This document shows, piece by piece, positions 1 to 5,347 of a stretch of 64,000 nt of DNA. How positions within the stretch are numbered: the stretch's first letter is position 1; the number at the start of each line of letters is the position of its first letter. Position numbers and translations under genes: made by a program. The DNA is from Bacteroidaceae bacterium (GTDB lineage Bacteria > Bacteroidota > Bacteroidia > Bacteroidales > Bacteroidaceae): assembly GCA_017445145.1 (NCBI GenBank), contig JAFSVI010000144.1, positions 36,992 to 100,991 of the forward strand, written 5' to 3'. The notes beneath the pieces are model-generated. The model saw only the letters and a program-made list of their open reading frames with translations. It was not told where the DNA came from and ran no database searches.

Positions 1-1913
1 GCCTCGTCGCCACGCTGGTTGAGTGTCACGCGGCAAGCCTTCCATGCTTCGGGAGTATGGGATGCTGAAATCTGTGCGCTGGGATATAGACCATAGAGGT
101 GAGAGACATGGCGATGGTGATCATCGGGGTTGTCAGCATCTTCGAGCCATTCCTGCAGCTGTCCGTATTGACCTATATGCAATGGCGGTAATTGGTTGAG
201 GAAGAGACGAAGCGAATCCTGATAATCATTATCGACACCCAATTGTTGAGCTGCAAGCAACGTTTGTGTGGCTACGTCGCGAACAATCTCGGTGTCCATC
301 GTGGGGCCAGCTACAACGGATGCCGAACCGCTGAATTCACCTCCGGGTCCGTGCTCTGGCGATACGCTGGGACAGGTGACGAGCCAACCGTATTGTGGGT
401 GCGGCACCATGAATGAACGGTAGAAATCAACAGCACCGCGCATGATGGGATATGCCTCTGCAAGGAAAGTGCGGTCGCCCGTAAACTGATAGTGTTCCCA
501 CAGATGAGTCGTAAGCCATGCACCACCATTGGGCCAAGCTCCCCAGAAAGCGCCATCGACCATACCCGTAGTGCGCCAAATGTCGGTATTGTGGTGAGCG
601 CACCATCCTTGGGCACCATACATATCGCGTGCCGTTTGTTGCCCCGTCTGACTGATGTCGCGGATAAGCCTGAAAAGCGGTTCTGCCAGTTCGCTAAGGT
701 TGCATACCTCGGCTGGCCAATAGTTCATCTGTGTGTTGATGTTGATAGTGTATTTCGAATCCCAGATGGGCTTGGTGTCTTTGTTCCATAGCCCTTGCAG
801 GTTGGCTGCCTGTCCTCCCGGTTGCGAAGATGAGATAAGCAGGTAACGGCCGTAGTTGAAGAGCAGAGACAACAGGCCGGGGTCGGCACAGGTAAGGCTG
901 TCCGCGTGTTCGGCAAAGCGTTTGACACGCAGGTCTGTATCAAGGGATTTGCTATTTGCAATTTGCTGCGCTGTGCCATCCAGTCGCAGGCTTACGCGGT
1001 CGAAGTACCTGTGGTACATCTCGCGATGCTTGCGCAGTAACTTTTTCCAAGACTGTCGGGCGGCAACATCAAGCATTTCTTCCGTTCGCGCGTGTGCAGA
1101 TGCTGAGACATCATTGTAACTAACGAAGTTTGTGGCTGCTGCAATGTAGATGGTTGCCTCGGTAGCATCTGTAATGGTCAAAGTGGAGTCTGTCAGCACC
1201 TGCTTGCCGTCACGTTGGCGCGCTTCCACCTGCATCTCCATATTCAGTGCTGCGGACACGCCCTCATGCTCCATGCCCTCGGCACGAGATACGAGGCGGT
1301 TGTTTTCCCCTGTGGTGGTAAATGTAGGCAGTGGTGAGTTGAAGCGCAGACAGAAAGTGAGGCTGTGTGGCTTGGATGCTGTGAGGTGCAAGGCAATGAC
1401 CCCCGTCGGTAGTGAGGCAATGACCTCTGTGCGGTAGTCGGTTCCGGCTTCTGTCCATTCTGTCGTGGCAACAGCATCTCCAATATTCAGACAACGATGA
1501 TAATCACGTATTTCTGTGGCATCGGCTTTCGGACGCTCAATCAACAATGAACCCAGCGTGCAGAAAGGCATACCGTTGCGCCCCGAAAGGAATTTGCGAT
1601 TGATGAGCTGCTGTGCTTCCATGTTTTTTCCATCGAATACGAGACGGCGCACTTCGGGAAGAGCCTCCAACGCGGCAGGATTATCGTTGCGGTGTGGGCC
1701 GCCAGCCCAAAAGGTTGCTTCGTTAAGCTGAATCTCATCGACAGCGACACCGCCATAAACCATGGCTCCCATACGGCCGTTACCCACAGGCAGCGCATCG
1801 GTCCATATGGCTGCTGGCCGTGAATAACGAAGGGTGAGGGCGTCATCCTGTGCTGACAGAAGCTGGCTAAAAGATATACAAATCAGTAGAATGGCAAAGT
1901 CTTTTGTTCTCAT
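1..1913 (-). CDS. Glycoside hydrolase family 95 alpha-L-fucosidase (N-terminal about 637 aa; C-terminus lies beyond the window edge)
   Basis: An uninterrupted minus-strand frame runs from the ATG (complement 1911-1913) to position 1. It is absent from the ORF track because there is no stop inside the window. My translation: MRTKDFAILLICISFSQLLSAQ (signal peptide) DDALTLRYSRPAAIWTDALPVGNGRMGAMVYGG..EATFWAGGPHRNDNP..NLQGLWNKDTKPIWDSKYTININTQMNYWPAE..GWCAHHNTDIWR. These are typical GH95 blocks. Confidence 0.85.
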   Translation of the reverse strand, partial: MRTKDFAILLICISFSQLLSAQDDALTLRYSRPAAIWTDALPVGNGRMGAMVYGGVAVDEIQLNEATFWAGGPHRNDNPAALEALPEVRRLVFDGKNMEAQQLINRKFLSGRNGMPFCTLGSLLIERPKADATEIRDYHRCLNIGDAVATTEWTEAGTDYRTEVIASLPTGVIALHLTASKPHSLTFCLRFNSPLPTFTTTGENNRLVSRAEGMEHEGVSAALNMEMQVEARQRDGKQVLTDSTLTITDATEATIYIAAATNFVSYNDVSASAHARTEEMLDVAARQSWKKLLRKHREMYHRYFDRVSLRLDGTAQQIANSKSLDTDLRVKRFAEHADSLTCADPGLLSLLFNYGRYLLISSSQPGGQAANLQGLWNKDTKPIWDSKYTININTQMNYWPAEVCNLSELAEPLFRLIRDISQTGQQTARDMYGAQGWCAHHNTDIWRTTGMVDGAFWGAWPNGGAWLTTHLWEHYQFTGDRTFLAEAYPIMRGAVDFYRSFMVPHPQYGWLVTCPSVSPEHGPGGEFSGSASVVAGPTMDTEIVRDVATQTLLAAQQLGVDNDYQDSLRLFLNQLPPLHIGQYGQLQEWLEDADNPDDHHRHVSHLYGLYPSAQISASHTPEAWKACRVTLNQRGDE

Positions 1914-2078
1914 AGATTGTTACGTTCTATTTTAAGTCGATGAGTGTAATCCATACTTGATGACGTCATGTGAGAAACCGGGAGGCTCTAGGTTCTGAAC
2001 TAATGAGTCAAGGAGTTGGCGAAGCAAGTGGTCGTAAATCGTATTGCCTTAATCCTATTTATTTAGCTATTTGTGCCG

Positions 2079-2086
2079 CAAAGGTA
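2079..2086 (-). promoter_or_regulatory. Bacteroidota -7 promoter box TACCTTTG (minus strand)
   Basis: The plus strand reads caaaggta, which matches TAnnTTTG on the minus strand. It lies 166 nt upstream of the GH95 ATG, much farther than the roughly 30 nt seen elsewhere in the window. Confidence 0.4.
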
Positions 2087-2163
2087 GTCATTACGCCCCG
2101 AAGAACCAAGCTTTTCGTCCAAAAATGTCCATATTCCCGTCTCAATTCACCCATATTTAACAC

Positions 2164-2229
2164 TTGACCCATGCGCATGGAACGTTTGACCCGTGCGCAT
2201 GGGTCAATCGTTCCATGCGCACGGGTCAA
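2164..2229. repeat. Nested palindrome of three 21-22 nt units (TTGACCC-RTGCGCAY-GG...)
   Basis: Unit A (2164-2184) is ttgacccatgcgcatggaacg. Unit B (2186-2207) is ttgacccgtgcgcatgggtcaa and is self-complementary. Unit C (2208-2229) is tcgttccatgcgcacgggtcaa, the reverse complement of A with one mismatch. The units lie between the PIN gene's 3' end and the GH95 promoter. Confidence 0.8.
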
Positions 2230-2323
2230 TCTACCAACCTATGTCTCTCGTTTCACGAAGCTTACAGATATGTCGCCATCATATATTATCCTTCACCACA
2301 AGTTCTGCATGTTGTTTAACGAC

Positions 2324-2744
2324 CTACATCTGCTTCAACCTCTCAATGAATGCCTGAAGCTTCAGCACGAGAATCTGCGGGAAGGGCAGGTCGCGCAGCA
2401 CATCGTAGTGCGAGTCATTCGACACGATGTAGGTGGCGTTGGCGGCGAAGGCACAGTCCACGAACTTGTTGTCGTCGGGGTCGGCGGTTATCAGCCCCAT
2501 GTGGAAGTGCGGGTCTATACGCATCACGTTGCTTCGCTTCAAGATGAGGTCTATCACGTTACGCGCAATCTCAGGCCTTGTCATACGTGCTATCACCTCT
2601 TCGTACTCTTCCAGTATCTCGGTACTGATGCAGAGCGTGTAACGGCCCCTCCTGAAAACCCTGCCATACGGGGTAGGCCGAGCCTCGTCTTGAGAGCGAG
2701 ACAAGCAGGCTGTTGGTATGGAGCACCACGCGGTCATTCTGCAT
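2324..2744 (-). pseudogene. PIN-domain toxin (toxin-antitoxin system), disrupted by a 1-nt frameshift in a GGGG run
   Basis: The frame from the ATG at 2744 gives MQNDRVVLHTNSLLVSLSRRGSAYPVWQGFQEG, a typical PIN N-terminus. The ORF-track frame 2324..2737 gives ..RYTLCISTEILEEYEEVIARM..LITADPDDNKFVDCAFAANATYIVSNDSHY. Removing one G from caggaggggccgt (about 2643-2655) joins the two frames. The start overlaps the upstream ORF's stop. Confidence 0.7.
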
Positions 2745-2976
2745 ATTCGTGCCGGCTGTTAGCGTGTACGTCCTCTTTCAGAATTTGGTTTATGCGCTCC
2801 TGGCTCCACTCGCCGCTGTCCCAGAGTCGGTCCATGCCCTCGTCTATCTTGCGGGCGTAGAACTGGCAGACCACCTCGCGCAGTTCGTCGAGTTCTTCCT
2901 TGGTCTTGATGTGTCCCAGCAGCTGAAGGAATTCCAGCTGTGCCTGGTTCAGTACGGTTCTTTCTGTTGCTTCCAT
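2734..2976 (-). CDS. Small alpha-helical protein, putative antitoxin partner of the PIN toxin
   Basis: ORF track 2734..3009, trimmed to MEATERTVLNQAQLEFLQLLGHIKTKEELDELREVV... (ATG at 2976). That start lies 31 nt downstream of a near-consensus box TTTCTTTG (complement 3007-3014). Its 3' end overlaps the PIN start by 11 nt (TATGCAGAATGA). Confidence 0.6.
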   Translation of the reverse strand: MEATERTVLNQAQLEFLQLLGHIKTKEELDELREVVCQFYARKIDEGMDRLWDSGEWSQERINQILKEDVHANSRHEYAE

Positions 2977-3133
2977 ATTTCTTGCGTTTATATCGTTAAC
3001 TGCGTGCAAAGAAATACTTTTCTGCGAGACAAATGCGATTTCCGCGCAAAATGTCGCACGGGAATGATTTTCCCCTGATTATCCGTCTGTCTCAGTCTGT
3101 CAACGCGCGATTGTTTCTGTCGGTAGAGAGGAA

Positions 3134-3179
3134 AGGAGGGCGGCTCCGTCCGCGCCGTGGCTTTCGGGGCCGCCCTCCT
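3134..3179 (-). terminator. Intrinsic terminator-like hairpin downstream of the T9SS-CTD gene
   Basis: An 11-bp perfect stem pairs aggagggcggc (3134-3144) with gccgccctcct (3169-3179). On the minus strand it is followed by TTTCCTCTCT. Confidence 0.6.
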
Positions 3180-3215
3180 TGGGTTTGGTTCAGTCGGATT
3201 TGTCTTGCAACAATG

Positions 3216-3896
3216 TTACTTCACCACGCCCTTCTTACCGCCGACGATGAACAGTCCCTTCGTGGGCTGCATCACGCGGCGACCCTGCAGGTCGTAGATG
3301 ACAGCGTCCTTGGTGTCGGCAGCTGTCTTGACGGTGCTGATGCCAGTGGTCTCGCCCTCAAAGACGATGCTCAGAGCGCGGGCATTGTTGGGTGACTGTG
3401 TAAGTTCAATCCAGCACTTGCCTGCGGCCAGCGTGCCGGCATCCTTCACCCATACAAAGTCGTGGCCGTTGGAGAGCACGTAGTAGTCGGCGGCCTGCAT
3501 GTCCTCGTCGGTGAAGGTCTTCTCCGCGAGCGTACCCTTGAAGTGCTCGCTGTCGTACTCCACGTCGTCGGCATCCTCGCTGATCACGACGAGACTCACC
3601 TCAACTTCCTCGTCATTGTCGTTGTAGATGAGGTAAGGCATCTCGGCGGCTACCACGCTCAGTTTGGCGGTCAGTTCCACCTCCGTGTTGCTGACGTTCT
3701 TCACCGAGTAGAGCGACACGCCTGCAACAGCGGTCTCTATCTGGCGCTTGTCGCCATCGATGCGGGCCATGTAGCTCTTGGCGGGGATGGTGATGGTGAC
3801 GCGCGACACCTCCACCTCAGCGGTGTTGGCGGCTGTGTTGAGTGCTGCGATGGCTGCTTCAACCTCTGCCTGCGTAGCGTCGGCATTGTCTTTCAC
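3216..3896 (-). CDS. T9SS C-terminal sorting-domain protein with a FIVAR-like helical N-terminal region. The frame is open up to 4028, and the likely true start at 4023 is out of frame.
   Basis: The C-terminus ...DAVIYDLQGRRVMQPTKGLFIVGGKKGVVK resembles the Por/T9SS CTD and the CTD of the CotH protein at 19623. The N-terminus has a KAVKDNADATQAEVEAAIAALNTA motif. See the finding on the defective 5' end. Confidence 0.6.
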   Translation of the reverse strand: MKDNADATQAEVEAAIAALNTAANTAEVEVSRVTITIPAKSYMARIDGDKRQIETAVAGVSLYSVKNVSNTEVELTAKLSVVAAEMPYLIYNDNDEEVEVSLVVISEDADDVEYDSEHFKGTLAEKTFTDEDMQAADYYVLSNGHDFVWVKDAGTLAAGKCWIELTQSPNNARALSIVFEGETTGISTVKTAADTKDAVIYDLQGRRVMQPTKGLFIVGGKKGVVK

Positions 3897-4051
3897 GGCC
3901 TTGGCGGCGTCGATGGCATCCTTCAGGGCGGCGGCAGCGTCGGGGGCGCTGTCCTTGATGCTCTCATAGTAGGCCTCAGCAGCGACGATGTCGTCGTTCA
4001 GGTCATCCTTGGTGTCCTTCCATAATAGCTATTATTGCGTGAATTAGAGCG

Positions 4052-4059
4052 CAAAGGTA
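4052..4059 (-). promoter_or_regulatory. -7 promoter box TACCTTTG (minus strand)
   Basis: The plus strand reads caaaggta. The box is 29 nt upstream of the ATG at 4023. Confidence 0.55.
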
Positions 4060-4255
4060 CTCCTTTTTCATGAATACACATGCTTCAGAGGCAAAAAATG
4101 GTAGGTAGGCAACGGAATATGAGCTTTTGGGAGGAAAAGGGGAAAAGAGTGTCTAATTTTTTGACGTTTTAACCCAAAGCATTACACTTCTGTCAGAAGG
4201 AATGCCCTTTGCGGTCTTTAGCGCCTGTACGTTATAGTCTTAGCACCTACGCGTC

Positions 4256-5299
4256 CTACATCAGCGCCTTGAAGGCGCTGATGAGCTGGTCGTTTTCGGG
4301 TGGGCTTTGCACGGCGATGCGGAAATGTGCTGGCGTGAGACCTTGGAAATTGGCTGCGTCGCGGATGAGGATGCCGTGGTTGTTGGCGAGGTGAGCCTTC
4401 AGTGCTGTCGCTGTGCCGCTATGCAGGTGGCACAGGAGGATGTGCGTGTCGGATGGATGCACATCGACAATCCCTGTTGCAGCGAGGGCCGCGGCCACGC
4501 GTTGGCGCTCGTCCAGGAGCTGTTGCAGCGGCAGCGTGTAGTGGCTTTCATGTTCGAGCAGGAACATGGCGGCTTTCTGCGCGAGGCTGTTGACGCTCCA
4601 CGGCATGTGATGCGCTCGCAGTTGGCCAATGAGTGCTTGGTGGGCTGTGACGAAGCCTATGCGCAGCCCCGGCACGGCGAAGCGCTTGGTCATGGAGTGC
4701 AACATGATGACATTGGGGCGCGCAACGGCCTCAGCCACAGGCAACAACGGTCGCTGCGTGAAGTGCGAATAGCTGGCATCGATGACAAACAGCGTTTGCG
4801 GGTTGGCATCGATGGTGTGCAGAAGAGGCTCCAGCGGCATCACCGTGCCAGTGGGGTTGTTGGGGTTGCACAGCCATGCAAGCGACGTGGGTGTGGAAGA
4901 CGGCAGTTGGTCCACTGCCGTCACGGCGATGCCTGCCAGGCGACATGCGTCGGCATATTCGCTGAAAGTAGGTGTCACGACCAAGGCGCTGGCTGTGCGT
5001 GGGGCATCCTCCACCACTCCCCCACCCTTTGCTGGGCGCGGTTGTGTGCTGGCAATGAGATAGATAGCCTCTATGGCACCATTGGTTACGATGACCTGCG
5101 AAGCGTCGATGCCGAGCCTCTGGGCGATGGCTCTCTCCACGGTTGCCGACGAAGGTTCGGGATAGTTGGCCACGGCGGGCATGCACGCCGCAAGGTGGGC
5201 GTAGAGTGGGCTGTGGTCGAAGTGGTTATAAACGTTGGAGCTGAAGTTGACCTTGATGCCGGGGTAGGCAAAGATGTCGTCGCCGTGGCCGTGGAGCAT
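4256..5299 (-). CDS. cobD: L-threonine-O-3-phosphate decarboxylase (PLP-dependent aminotransferase class I/II fold; Salmonella CobD)
   Basis: 347 aa. MLHGHGDDIFAYPGIKVNFSSNVYNH... and ...LHSMTKRFAVPGLRIGF (PLP-lysine context). It is the last gene of the cob block. Confidence 0.8.
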   Translation of the reverse strand: MLHGHGDDIFAYPGIKVNFSSNVYNHFDHSPLYAHLAACMPAVANYPEPSSATVERAIAQRLGIDASQVIVTNGAIEAIYLIASTQPRPAKGGGVVEDAPRTASALVVTPTFSEYADACRLAGIAVTAVDQLPSSTPTSLAWLCNPNNPTGTVMPLEPLLHTIDANPQTLFVIDASYSHFTQRPLLPVAEAVARPNVIMLHSMTKRFAVPGLRIGFVTAHQALIGQLRAHHMPWSVNSLAQKAAMFLLEHESHYTLPLQQLLDERQRVAAALAATGIVDVHPSDTHILLCHLHSGTATALKAHLANNHGILIRDAANFQGLTPAHFRIAVQSPPENDQLISAFKALM

Positions 5300-5347
5300 A
5301 GATGATGAGGTGTGTGGGATGGCTGTTGTGGTTGGTGAAGTCAGAGC

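Noticed and set aside
192-1846. Short ORFs listed for 192..1846 on both strands
   Set aside because: All lie inside, and out of frame with, the continuous GH95 reading frame that runs off the window edge.
4069-4071. An upstream ATG giving MKKEYLCALIHAIIAIMEGHQG* as the true signal-peptide start of the T9SS gene
   Set aside because: It would place the consensus TACCTTTG promoter box inside the coding sequence. It also still needs a frameshift to reach the main frame. I kept it as an alternative in the corresponding finding.
4307-5305. A 332-aa plus-strand ORF
   Set aside because: It is antisense to cobD (threonine-phosphate decarboxylase) and has no motifs.
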